From sequence record SRR31156797_7382: 37,877 bases of DNA. One strand, given 5' to 3'. Each line of letters starts with the position of its first letter. Position 1 is the stretch's first letter. The notes beneath the pieces were generated by a model. That model saw only the letters and a list, made by a program, of their open reading frames with translations. It made no database searches and was not told where the DNA came from. The position numbers and the translations under genes are program-made. Positions 10,258 to 19,328 of the stretch are shown here, in pieces.

Positions 10258-10265
10258 TACCTTTG
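10258..10265 (+). promoter_or_regulatory. Bacteroidota housekeeping -7 promoter box of the DEAD-box helicase
   Basis: TACCTTTG matches TAnnTTTG, 20 nt before the ATG. Confidence 0.65.
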
Positions 10266-10285
10266 CGGCTCATAAATTTTATAGA

Positions 10286-12070
10286 ATGAATTCATTTGAA
10301 AATCTTGGCCTGTCTAAGGCCATCCTGGAAGCCATTTCCGAATTAGGCTTCGTTACCCCAACTCCTATCCAAGAACAAGCGATTCCAATTCTTCTAGACG
10401 GAAGATCAGATTTCGTGGGCTTGGCTCAGACGGGTACAGGAAAAACGGCGGCTTACGGTTTGCCTTTGCTTGAGCTTATTGAGCCAGAGGTTAAAACACC
10501 GCAAGCTTTGATTCTATCCCCTACAAGGGAATTGGGAATCCAAATTGCAGACGATCTTAAGACGTTTTCGAAGAATATCTTAAACTTGAATGTGGTTAAT
10601 GTTTACGGAGGTGCTAGTATTGACGAGCAGATTCGTAAATTGAGACGAGGAGCACACGTAATTGTGGCTACTCCTGGGCGTCTTCTTGATCTTATTAGAC
10701 GGAGGGCTGTAAATTTATCTGCTGTAGAATATTTAATTCTTGACGAGGCAGATGAAATGTTGAACATGGGATTTAAAGAAGATATCGATGATATCTTATC
10801 TTCTACTTCAGAAGATAAAGTGACTTGGTTGTTTTCTGCAACTATGCCACCAGAAGTTCGACGAATCTCTAAAAACTATATGACTGATCCTACAGAAGTA
10901 ACCGTAGGAAAAGCAAATACAACCAACAAGAATATTTCTCATCAATATTACATGTTGAACAATCGCGACCGTTACAATGTATTGAAACGTGTTGTCGATT
11001 TTTATCCTGATATTTATGGTATTATTTTCTGTAGAACTCGTAAAGAGACACAGGAAGTTGCTGAATTATTAATGAAAGATGGTTACAATGCCGATGCTTT
11101 ACATGGAGATTTAACTCAGGTGCAGCGCGATAGGGTAATGCGTAATTTTAAAAATAAATCATTGCAATTATTGGTTGCTACCGATGTTGCTGCTCGTGGT
11201 ATCGATGTTGATGATTTATCACACGTAATTCACTACATGTTGCCAGATGAGTTGGAATTCTATACTCACAGAAGTGGACGTACAGCTCGTGCAGGTAAGA
11301 AGGGTGTTTCGATTGCTTTGGTTACTCCTAGAGAGGAACGTAAAGTAAAAGATCTTTCAAGAAGATTAAAGACCGATTTTGAGCAAGTGAAAATTCCTCA
11401 AGGGAAAGATGTTTGCGAGAGACAATTAATGAAATTCATGCATCGTGTAAACGAACTTGAAGTTCAGGAGGAAGAAATTGCTCCATTTATCGAAGGAATC
11501 AACGAAAAATTAGAAGATTTAAGCCGTGAAGATTTAATCAAGCGATTTGTTTCTTTGGAATTTAGCCGATTCTGGGAATATTACAAGAATGCTGATGATT
11601 TGAACTTGAAATCTACTACTCAGAGAAGAAATAAGAGAGAAGATGGAAAAGGTGAAGATCGCATGTTTATCAATGTTGGTAAAAAAGATGGTATCGATGT
11701 ACCTCGCTTACTAAACTTGATTCACAAGCAATGTGGTGTTCGTGGTAAGAATGTAGGTAGAGTTGATTTGAAGGGTGTTTTCTCATTCTTTGATGTTGAT
11801 AAAGAATTTACCGATGAAATTGTAAAAGGATTTGCCGGAGCAGTTATTGGTGGAAGAAATATAAGAATCGAAATTTCGGGTGACCGACCAAGTGGCGGAA
11901 GTAGTAGTCACCGTAAGGGACGTTCAAGAGGTGGAGATCGAGATGGTCGAGATAGAGGAGAGCGCAGAGACCGAGGTGATAGAGGAGGATTTAGAAGAGA
12001 TTCCTCGAAAGATCGCCGAGGGAAAAGCGATGGAAAAAGATTTTATGATCGAAAAAGAAAAGAAGCGTAA
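10286..12070 (+). CDS. deaD: DEAD-box RNA helicase, DeaD/CsdA type, with DbpA-like RNA-binding domain
   Basis: Q motif, AQTGTGKT, PTREL, TPGR, DEAD, SAT, ARGID, HRSGRTAR; R/G/D-rich tail. Confidence 0.92.
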   Translation: MNSFENLGLSKAILEAISELGFVTPTPIQEQAIPILLDGRSDFVGLAQTGTGKTAAYGLPLLELIEPEVKTPQALILSPTRELGIQIADDLKTFSKNILNLNVVNVYGGASIDEQIRKLRRGAHVIVATPGRLLDLIRRRAVNLSAVEYLILDEADEMLNMGFKEDIDDILSSTSEDKVTWLFSATMPPEVRRISKNYMTDPTEVTVGKANTTNKNISHQYYMLNNRDRYNVLKRVVDFYPDIYGIIFCRTRKETQEVAELLMKDGYNADALHGDLTQVQRDRVMRNFKNKSLQLLVATDVAARGIDVDDLSHVIHYMLPDELEFYTHRSGRTARAGKKGVSIALVTPREERKVKDLSRRLKTDFEQVKIPQGKDVCERQLMKFMHRVNELEVQEEEIAPFIEGINEKLEDLSREDLIKRFVSLEFSRFWEYYKNADDLNLKSTTQRRNKREDGKGEDRMFINVGKKDGIDVPRLLNLIHKQCGVRGKNVGRVDLKGVFSFFDVDKEFTDEIVKGFAGAVIGGRNIRIEISGDRPSGGSSSHRKGRSRGGDRDGRDRGERRDRGDRGGFRRDSSKDRRGKSDGKRFYDRKRKEA

Positions 12071-12084
12071 GCTTCTTTTTTTTT
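12053..12084 (+). terminator. Terminator overlapping the helicase stop codon
   Basis: AAAAGAAGC-GTAA-GCTTCTTTT followed by a T-run. Confidence 0.7.
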
Positions 12085-12307
12085 GCCGTTAAATCAATGT
12101 TTTAGATATATTGTTTAAGAAAATCAAAACAGAAAAAACATTTTATCACTAATAAGTCACGAATAATTAATGATCTGTAGGTTTTAATTTACGCTAATTT
12201 TTATTTAAATTTAGTCTACGTTTGATTGGTGGGGATTTTTATTATGCTACTCATTAATTATTCGTTTGTAAATTGGAATCAAATAGAAAACCAAAAATTG
12301 TAGAAAA

Positions 12308-13129
12308 ATGGATATGGATGTAATTATTGGTAAGTCGGATCAGCTATGGACTATGGCTATGGCTTACGCACCAAAATTGTTGTTGGCTATTATTACTTTG
12401 ATAATCGGTTTGTGGATTATCAAGATGATAACCAAGGGAATTTCAAAGTTGATGGAAAAAAATCAGTTGGATGAGACTTTAAAGCCATTCATCATCAGTA
12501 TGCTTTCCATTCTTCTGAAAATCATGCTATTTATTGCGGTTGTGGATATGGTAGGGGTTAAAATGACTTCCTTCATTGCAATATTAGGTGCCGCGGGTTT
12601 GGCAGTAGGTATGGCTTTATCCGGAACACTACAAAATTTTGCAGGTGGAGTTATGATCCTTATTTTCAAACCATTTAAGGTTGGTGATTTGTTAGAAGCT
12701 CAAGGTTACCTTGGAGTTGTAAAGGAAATTCAATTGTTCAATACGATCATGCTTTCGCTTGATAATAAGACTATTATTATTCCTAATGGAGGTTTATCTA
12801 CTAGTTCTATGATTAATTACTCTACTCAACCAACAAGAAGAGTTGATATGAGCTTTGGTATTGGATATACTGATGATATTGATAAAGCAAAAGGTATTTT
12901 AGAAGGTTTGCTGGCTAATCATCCTAAGGTATTGAAAGATCCGGCAAGTTTTATTGCGGTTTCAGAATTGGCTGATAGCTCGGTTAACTTTACCGTTAGA
13001 GCTTGGGTGAATGCAGCTGATTATTGGGATGTATTTTTCTATATGCAAGAAACGGTTAAAAAAGAGTTTGATAAAAATAAAATTGGAATTCCTTTCCCAC
13101 AAAGAGACGTTCACATTTACAATCATTAA
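12308..13129 (+). CDS. mscS: Small-conductance mechanosensitive channel
   Basis: 3 TM segments, GAAGLAVGMALSGTLQNFAGG, KPFKVGD, IPN, IPFPQ. Confidence 0.95.
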   Translation: MDMDVIIGKSDQLWTMAMAYAPKLLLAIITLIIGLWIIKMITKGISKLMEKNQLDETLKPFIISMLSILLKIMLFIAVVDMVGVKMTSFIAILGAAGLAVGMALSGTLQNFAGGVMILIFKPFKVGDLLEAQGYLGVVKEIQLFNTIMLSLDNKTIIIPNGGLSTSSMINYSTQPTRRVDMSFGIGYTDDIDKAKGILEGLLANHPKVLKDPASFIAVSELADSSVNFTVRAWVNAADYWDVFFYMQETVKKEFDKNKIGIPFPQRDVHIYNH

Positions 13130-13145
13130 TAGTTTAGGGTTAAAC

Positions 13146-13175
13146 GAGGAGGAGGCGAGAGTCTCCTTTTTTTTT
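13146..13175 (+). terminator. Intrinsic terminator
   Basis: GGAGGAGGC-GAGA-GTCTCCTTT followed by a T-run. Confidence 0.75.
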
Positions 13176-13253
13176 GCTTTAATTCTTAACAAAAAAAGCA
13201 ATTTTAATATCATTATTATTTTTAGATTTGTTTTGTCAATATAAAATAAAACT

Positions 13254-15449
13254 ATGAAGCGTTTGTCAAAGAAAAAGATCATTCTTCTATCAATTTTTAT
13301 CATTCTATTTTTCTTTCTGTTTTTTCTCTCATCTATAGTGAAATCCTATGTTGTAAATAACTCTATGAAATTAACTGGCAGAAAGTTAGAGATGTCAGAA
13401 TTGCATTTTAACTATGTTAAAGTATCTGCACGTATAAAAGGATTGAAGCTTTTTGAGCAAGATGCATCGAATGAGTTTGTTTCGTTCAATGAGTTGTATG
13501 TAAATGTTTCTCCCTGGAAATTGATATCTGGAGAATATGCTGTATCCCAAATTTATCTTGATGGATTAAATGTATCGGTAATTCAGGATAGTATTGGCTT
13601 TAATTTTGATGATTTAATAACTTCAGATGAAACTACAATAGTAGACAGTACAACAATAGATGAAGAAAAATCTGATTTGAAATTTGCAATTCATGATATC
13701 AAGTTTTCAAATGGATACATTGTTTATCAGGATATAGAAAAGAGCAATAAACTGGATCTGAATAATATAAATTTGGAATTGCCTTTGATTGCCTGGAACA
13801 ATAAGAAATCAGAAATGGGTGTCAATTTTTCTTTAGGTAAAGAAGGTAATGTTTCGATTAGTGCAGATGTTGATCATTCTATAGAAAGATATTTTATCGA
13901 TTTAGGAGTAAGTTCTCTCGATATTAGTCCTTTTGTAGCTTATTTAAAGGATTATATGCATGTTTCAGAAATGCGGGGCAAATTGAATTCTCAGATTAAA
14001 ATTGAGGGAAGCATGGTTGATTTTATGGATGTTTATTTAAAAGGTAAAGTTCAAATGAACGATTTTGTTTTAAAAGACACCGAAGGGAATAAATTTTTAG
14101 GCAGTCAATCTACTATGATAGAATTAGACTCAATGCATGTGGCTTCTTCTTATTACAAAATTGGAAAGATTGTTCTTACTAAACCTGAAATATATGCAGC
14201 TCTTTTTAAAGAGAAAAGCAATTTTGAATCGATATTTGCTCCGGTTATGGAAGTGGATTCTGTAAATATTGCGATAGATACATTAGAAAAAAAAGAAGAG
14301 AGTGAATTGTTTTATTCTATTGATAGTTTAATTGTTGAAAATGGTTTTGTTGAGTTTGCCGATCATACTCTGAATCGAAAATTTATTTATGATATTAATG
14401 ATATCCAATTGAATATTGGAAGAATAACAGACAAAGCTAACGAAATTCCATTGAACTATTCCATTGACTTAAATGGAGGGGGATATTCAGAAGGAAATGT
14501 AATATTTAGTCTTAAGGATGTCCATAATTTTAAATTTGATGGAACTTTAGATCGACTTGATTTAACGAGTTTTTCACCTTATACTGAATTCTATATTGCC
14601 AGACCGATAAAACAGGGAGAATTCAATTACGATTGTAGTATTGTAATGAAGCCAAAAAAGTTAATCAATACCAATAAAATTAACATTTCGGAATTTGATT
14701 TTGGTGATAAAACTAACGATCCAAATACGATAAAGGCTCCGGTTCGTTTGGCTTTGTATCTGTTGAAGGATAAGAACGATCAGATTAATTTTGACTTGCC
14801 TGTTTCGGGAAATCCTAACTCTCCTGATTTTAAGCTGGGTAAAATTATTTGGAAAACATTAATGAATTTTCTTGTGAAAACAGCTGCAAAACCTTTCGGT
14901 ATATTAGGAAATTTAGCTGGAACCAACCCAGAAAGCATTGAGAAGATGCCATTTGAAATTGCTCAGGATAAGTTAAGTGATAATGAAAAATTAACGCTAA
15001 ATAAGATTGCTACGATCCTTACTAAAAAGCCTGAATTGAAATTTACATTCACGCAAGAGACCAATATAGATGATGAAAAGAAAATGATAGCATTGAGAGA
15101 ATGTGCATCCAAATATTTTGAAAGTCGAGCATTGCCAAAAAAATATTTAATTGGTAATGAGCTTTTAAATTGGACAAATTCGACAATTGAATTTCAAAAT
15201 TTTATTACAAAGGACAGCACGGATCTTGACTTATCTATTGAAGAAAAATGCATTGGTTTTATCGGAAATGAAAAATTAACCGGTTATACAGATTCCATAT
15301 TGCTAAATAGAAATAATGAGGTAAGAGTTTATTTGAAAGATAGTTTGAATGTTTCAAATCAAAATTTCGAAGTAAGAACTGCTGATTTGAGAAATCTCTC
15401 GGAACAACAAAGAAAACCAAAGTACAGAGTTGAAGTATCTTTGAAGTAA
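13254..15449 (+). CDS. DUF748 / AsmA-like envelope protein
   Basis: N-terminal TM, FNFDDL, L..FSPY, PVRLALYLLKD....I.FDLPVSG....PDF, TA.KPF motifs. Confidence 0.8.
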   Translation: MKRLSKKKIILLSIFIILFFFLFFLSSIVKSYVVNNSMKLTGRKLEMSELHFNYVKVSARIKGLKLFEQDASNEFVSFNELYVNVSPWKLISGEYAVSQIYLDGLNVSVIQDSIGFNFDDLITSDETTIVDSTTIDEEKSDLKFAIHDIKFSNGYIVYQDIEKSNKLDLNNINLELPLIAWNNKKSEMGVNFSLGKEGNVSISADVDHSIERYFIDLGVSSLDISPFVAYLKDYMHVSEMRGKLNSQIKIEGSMVDFMDVYLKGKVQMNDFVLKDTEGNKFLGSQSTMIELDSMHVASSYYKIGKIVLTKPEIYAALFKEKSNFESIFAPVMEVDSVNIAIDTLEKKEESELFYSIDSLIVENGFVEFADHTLNRKFIYDINDIQLNIGRITDKANEIPLNYSIDLNGGGYSEGNVIFSLKDVHNFKFDGTLDRLDLTSFSPYTEFYIARPIKQGEFNYDCSIVMKPKKLINTNKINISEFDFGDKTNDPNTIKAPVRLALYLLKDKNDQINFDLPVSGNPNSPDFKLGKIIWKTLMNFLVKTAAKPFGILGNLAGTNPESIEKMPFEIAQDKLSDNEKLTLNKIATILTKKPELKFTFTQETNIDDEKKMIALRECASKYFESRALPKKYLIGNELLNWTNSTIEFQNFITKDSTDLDLSIEEKCIGFIGNEKLTGYTDSILLNRNNEVRVYLKDSLNVSNQNFEVRTADLRNLSEQQRKPKYRVEVSLK

Positions 15450-15505
15450 TCTAAAAAAAAGAATAATAGCTGAGAAAGATCATTTAATTTATAGCTTTTA
15501 CAAAG

Positions 15506-15540
15506 TATCTTGTAAAACTATGTGTTTTTTTATATGTTTG
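15506..15540 (+). promoter_or_regulatory. padR promoter with overlapping 19-bp operator
   Basis: TATCTTGTAAAACTATGTG (15506-15524) covers the TTG -33 element; TATGTTTG -7 box at 15533-15540. Confidence 0.7.
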
Positions 15541-15547
15541 TTAAACC

Positions 15548-15901
15548 ATGAATCAAGAAATAAACGAATATTTTATAACCAAATGGAAATCCCAGTTTAA
15601 GAAGGGACTTTTGGAATATATTATCTTGTTATTGTTAAGATCTAAACCGTGTTACGGTTATGAATTAATTAGCGAGATGAATCAATTTACATCCCTCGAA
15701 ATTGCTGAAGGAACCATTTATCCTCTTTTAAATAGATTGAAAAAGGAGAAACTGGTAACTTCGGAATGGGCAGAAATGGATACTGGTATTCCAAGAAAAT
15801 ACTATAAACTTACCGATGAGGGGATTTCGCATCTTGCAGTGATGCGAGAATATGTTGATTCTTTAAATCTATCTATTAAGAGAATAGAAGAAAGTGTTTA
15901 A
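15548..15901 (+). CDS. PadR-family transcriptional regulator
   Basis: KG.LE..IL.LL....YGYEL, EGTIYPLLNRL, W......PRKYY.LT..G. Confidence 0.95.
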   Translation: MNQEINEYFITKWKSQFKKGLLEYIILLLLRSKPCYGYELISEMNQFTSLEIAEGTIYPLLNRLKKEKLVTSEWAEMDTGIPRKYYKLTDEGISHLAVMREYVDSLNLSIKRIEESV

Positions 15902-15932
15902 GAATTTTGAAAAATCTAATAATTACCAGGGA

Positions 15933-17429
15933 ATGAAAGATTATATTTTATCCTTAGATCAGGGAACTTCAATTTCAAAGGCAATTTTATTTAATAAAAA
16001 AGGTGAAATAGTTGCCCAAGTTCAAAAGGAGTATGAACAGTATTATCCTAAGCCTGGTTGGATCGAGCAGGATGCTAAGGAAATATGGTATTCACAAGCT
16101 TCAGTTGCTGAAGAGGTGCTTGCCAAAGCGGGTTTAACTGGTAAGGATATTGCAGGATTGGGAATCACAAATCAACGTGAAACTACAATTATCTGGGATA
16201 GGGAAACAGGTGAACCAATCAATAATGCGATTGTTTGGCAGGACAGAAGAACTTCTCATATTTGTGACGATTTAAAAGGGAAGGGATTCTCTAAAAAAAT
16301 AAAAGAAAAAACTGGTTTAATTTTAGATGCTTTTTTCTCAGCAACTAAAATAAAATGGCTTCTTGATAATATTGAAGGAGTCAGAGAGAAAGCTGAACAA
16401 GGCAAATTGGCTTTTGGAACCGTTGATAGCTGGTTAATTTGGAAACTTACCAAAGGTGAAGTTCATGTTACAGATGTTTCCAATGCCAGTAGAACCATGC
16501 TCTATAATATTCATGATCTTTGTTGGGATGAAGAATTATTAGAGTTAATGGACATTCCTAAATCCATTCTTCCAAAAGTTTGTTCTTCTAGTGAAATTTA
16601 TGGATACACTAAAAGATCTATGTTTAGTGAAGAGATTCCGATTTCCGGAATTTGTGGCGATCAGCAAGCAGCACTATTTGGTCAGGCTTGTTTTGAAAAA
16701 GGTATGGTTAAAAATACCTACAATACTGGTTGCTTTATGTTGATGAATACGGGGACCGAACCAGTTGAGTCGAAAAATGATTTGATAACAACAATAGCAT
16801 GGGGAATTGGAGATAAGGTTACCTACGCTTTAGAAGGAAGTGTATTTATTGGAGGTGCTGTTGTTCAATGGTTGCGCGATAGTTTAAATCTGATTCATTC
16901 AATTGAAGAAATTGAATCGCTCGCTTTAACCGAAAAGGATAATGGAGGTGTGTATATCGTTCCTTCATTTACAGGCTTGGGAGCACCTTATTGGGATCAG
17001 TATGCCAGAGGAACCTTTTGGGGCTTAAATATGGGAACTAGTGCAGGTCATATTGCACGTGCCTCATTAGAATGTATTGCTCATCGTTCTTCAGATGTAC
17101 TAAAAACAATGGAGGCTGATTCTGGTATTAAAGTAGAACAGTTAAGAGGTGGAGGCTTAATGGCCAATGATACTTTATTGCAATATCAAGCTGATTTTCT
17201 GAATTTGCCTATTGTTAGACCTGAAATTAAGGAAATTACTGCTGTTGGAGCAGCTTATTTAGCCGGATTAGGTGTTGGTTTTTGGAATAGTGTTGAGGAG
17301 ATTCAAGATCATTGGAAACTTGATAAGGAGTACGATGTTAAAATGGATAAGGAAATTGTTAAGCATCATAAGAAATATTGGGAAAAGGCTGTAAGTCGAT
17401 CACAAAATTGGATAGATGCTGACGATTAA
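15933..17429 (+). CDS. Glycerol kinase paralog (FGGY) with degenerate ATP-binding motifs
   Basis: Keeps TNQRETT, WQDRRT, GDQQAA but has DQGTSISK, YNTGCF and LRGGG in place of [14 protein letters not shown] and LRVDGG; ATG 15933 (GTG 15894 possible). Confidence 0.85.
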   Translation: MKDYILSLDQGTSISKAILFNKKGEIVAQVQKEYEQYYPKPGWIEQDAKEIWYSQASVAEEVLAKAGLTGKDIAGLGITNQRETTIIWDRETGEPINNAIVWQDRRTSHICDDLKGKGFSKKIKEKTGLILDAFFSATKIKWLLDNIEGVREKAEQGKLAFGTVDSWLIWKLTKGEVHVTDVSNASRTMLYNIHDLCWDEELLELMDIPKSILPKVCSSSEIYGYTKRSMFSEEIPISGICGDQQAALFGQACFEKGMVKNTYNTGCFMLMNTGTEPVESKNDLITTIAWGIGDKVTYALEGSVFIGGAVVQWLRDSLNLIHSIEEIESLALTEKDNGGVYIVPSFTGLGAPYWDQYARGTFWGLNMGTSAGHIARASLECIAHRSSDVLKTMEADSGIKVEQLRGGGLMANDTLLQYQADFLNLPIVRPEIKEITAVGAAYLAGLGVGFWNSVEEIQDHWKLDKEYDVKMDKEIVKHHKKYWEKAVSRSQNWIDADD

Positions 17430-17450
17430 AAAAGTATATTTTTAGTATTT

Positions 17451-17486
17451 AAAAGGTTATTTCACAATTGGAATAACCTTTTTTTT
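17451..17486 (+). terminator. Terminator of the padR-glpK-like unit
   Basis: AAAAGGTTATT / AATAACCTTTT followed by a T-run. Confidence 0.8.
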
Positions 17487-17545
17487 ATTTGTAAATCACT
17501 GATAATGGATTTGTTAATGTATTTTTTTAGAATAGTTATAAATAG

Positions 17546-17596
17546 TATCTTTTTTTACTATGCACATTGTATTGCTAAGTATTTTATTTAGATTTG
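17546..17596 (+). promoter_or_regulatory. glpT-operon promoter with operator(s)
   Basis: CACATTGTATTGCTAAGTA (17563-17581), weaker copy at 17546-17564; TAGATTTG -7 box at 17589-17596, 19 nt after TTG. Confidence 0.75.
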
Positions 17597-17639
17597 CCAT
17601 TGTTCTTAAGGATTAAGATAATCTATAGATGGTTAACTT

Positions 17640-17669
17640 ATCTCTTAAGCATTATTAGAGATTTTTTTT
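17640..17669 (+). terminator. Leader terminator-like hairpin upstream of glpT
   Basis: ATCTCT...AGAGAT stem followed by T8; weak, but at the same position as the glpD leader terminator. Confidence 0.5.
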
Positions 17670-17677
17670 ACAACACA

Positions 17678-17696
17678 TACATAGTTAAACAATGTG
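17678..17696 (-). promoter_or_regulatory. Downstream operator copy (inverted), glpT leader
   Basis: TACATAGTTAAACAATGTG; reverse complement CACATTGTTTAACTATGTA fits the operator consensus. Confidence 0.7.
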
Positions 17697-17728
17697 TTGT
17701 GCAATAAGATTTACATTCCAATACTACT

Positions 17729-17875
17729 ATGAAAGATGTCAAACTTGATGAACAGCTAGAGGATCGTTTATACTTTTTTTTCTCGAAAATTCTTGATTTA
17801 CAAAAGCAAGTAAAATTAAAAGAAAAGAATGTTGAGTATAGCAGTATTTGGGAGTTTTGGGATGGTGAATTATAA
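17729..17875 (+). CDS. Unannotated 48-aa small protein MKDVKLDEQLEDRLYFFFSKILDLQKQVKLKEKNVEYSSIWEFWDGEL
   Basis: Paralog of 22414..22557 (21/48 identical, synonymous codon changes, same stop position). Confidence 0.8.
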   Translation: MKDVKLDEQLEDRLYFFFSKILDLQKQVKLKEKNVEYSSIWEFWDGEL

Positions 17876-17937
17876 GTAGCTTCTATCGGATAGATTGAGA
17901 ATGATCAAAATTACAATAACCATTAATTTTTATTAAT

Positions 17938-19275
17938 ATGATCGGATTTTTAAAGCCAGCTCCTCATAAGGAGTTGATGCCTGAGGATAATGTTGACTCT
18001 GCATACAAACGATTGCGATGGCAAGTGTTTGTTGGTATATTCTTAGGGTATGCAGGTTATTACCTTGTACGAAAGGTTTTCTCATTGGCAATGCCTGATT
18101 TAGTGAATTTAGGATATTCAAAAACTCAATTGGGATTTGCTTTATCGGGAGTTTCCATTGCATATGGATTAAGTAAGTTCATTATGGGGAATGTCTCAGA
18201 TAGGAGTAATGCACGTAGGTTTCTAACTCTTGGATTAGTTCTTTCTGCAATTACTATGATAGTTATGGGAGTTTTGCCTGTGGCTACATCTTCAATTGCG
18301 ATAATGTTTGTTCTATTATTGATGAATGGATGGTTTCAAGGAATGGGATGGCCTCCTTGTGGACGTGTAATGGTTCATTGGTTTTCCATTCGTGAAAGAG
18401 GAACTAAAATGTCAATTTGGAATGTTGCTCACAATGTAGGTGGAGGTATTATTGGTCCTTTAGCTATTTTGGGTGTTGCCATTTTTGTTGATTGGCAAGC
18501 AAAACTATACTTTCCTGGTATAGTTGCTTTAGTAGTTGCCTTTATAGCATGGCTTTTAATACGTGATACACCACAATCTTGCGGTTTACCAAATATCGAA
18601 AAATATAAGGATGATTATCCTGAATCTTATTCGGAGAAGTTTGAGAAGGAAATGACTGCAAAACAAATATTCCTTGAATATATTCTTAAGAACAGACTTT
18701 TATGGATGATTGCAATAGCGAATGCTTTCGTTTATTTAGTGCGTTACGGTGTGCTAGATTGGGCTCCTCTATATTTAGAAGAGGCTAAAGGTTTTTCAAT
18801 TGAAGAGACGGGATGGGCCTATTTCGCATATGAGTGGGCAGGAATACCAGGAACATTACTTTGTGGATATTTAAGTGATACTGTTTTTAAAGGAAAACGT
18901 GCTCCTGTAAGTATCATTTATATGGTTTTTGTAACTATTTCAGTATTCATGTACTGGATAAGTGATTCTATTGTTGCGAATTCTATTGCATTGGTTTGTA
19001 TAGGTTTCTTGATCTATGGACCTGTAATGTTAATAGGTGTACATGCTCTTGATTTGGTTCCGAAAAAAGCAGCAGGAACTGCTGCAGGACTAACAGGCTT
19101 ATTTGGCTATATGGGAGGAGCGTTGTTTGCAAATATAGCGATGGGTGCTGTTGTGGATAAATGGAGTTGGTCAGGTGGTTTCATTGTTCTTTTAGCGGCT
19201 TGTGTAATGTCAATACTCTTTATAGCTATTTCATGGTTACAAGAGTTGAGAGGTCATAACGGAATTCATCATTAG
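17938..19275 (+). CDS. glpT: Glycerol-3-phosphate:phosphate antiporter (MFS)
   Basis: GIFLGYAGYYLVRK, WFQGMGWPPC, WN.AHNVGG, YL.RYGVLDW, GTAAG.TGLFGY. Confidence 0.96.
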   Translation: MIGFLKPAPHKELMPEDNVDSAYKRLRWQVFVGIFLGYAGYYLVRKVFSLAMPDLVNLGYSKTQLGFALSGVSIAYGLSKFIMGNVSDRSNARRFLTLGLVLSAITMIVMGVLPVATSSIAIMFVLLLMNGWFQGMGWPPCGRVMVHWFSIRERGTKMSIWNVAHNVGGGIIGPLAILGVAIFVDWQAKLYFPGIVALVVAFIAWLLIRDTPQSCGLPNIEKYKDDYPESYSEKFEKEMTAKQIFLEYILKNRLLWMIAIANAFVYLVRYGVLDWAPLYLEEAKGFSIEETGWAYFAYEWAGIPGTLLCGYLSDTVFKGKRAPVSIIYMVFVTISVFMYWISDSIVANSIALVCIGFLIYGPVMLIGVHALDLVPKKAAGTAAGLTGLFGYMGGALFANIAMGAVVDKWSWSGGFIVLLAACVMSILFIAISWLQELRGHNGIHH

Positions 19276-19328
19276 TATAAAAATTAACTACTTATTGAAA
19301 ATATAATTTAACCTAGAAAAACAGTAAT

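Noticed and set aside
11900-12060. GAGA/CGA-rich quasi-repeats
   Set aside because: Encode the ordinary R/G/D-rich tail of the DEAD-box helicase
15888-15935. Possible +1 frameshift fusing PadR to the GlpK paralog at GTT-TAA-G (the glpK frame is open across the padR stop)
   Set aside because: Open stretch is only ~15 codons, Val-tRNA re-pairing on UUU is poor, and a normal ATG exists at 15933; worth revisiting only if fused homologs exist
17670-17700. ACAACACAT/ATGTGTTGT inverted repeat read as an independent RNA hairpin
   Set aside because: Overlaps the operator and is only partly mirrored in the glpD copy; the operator explains it more simply
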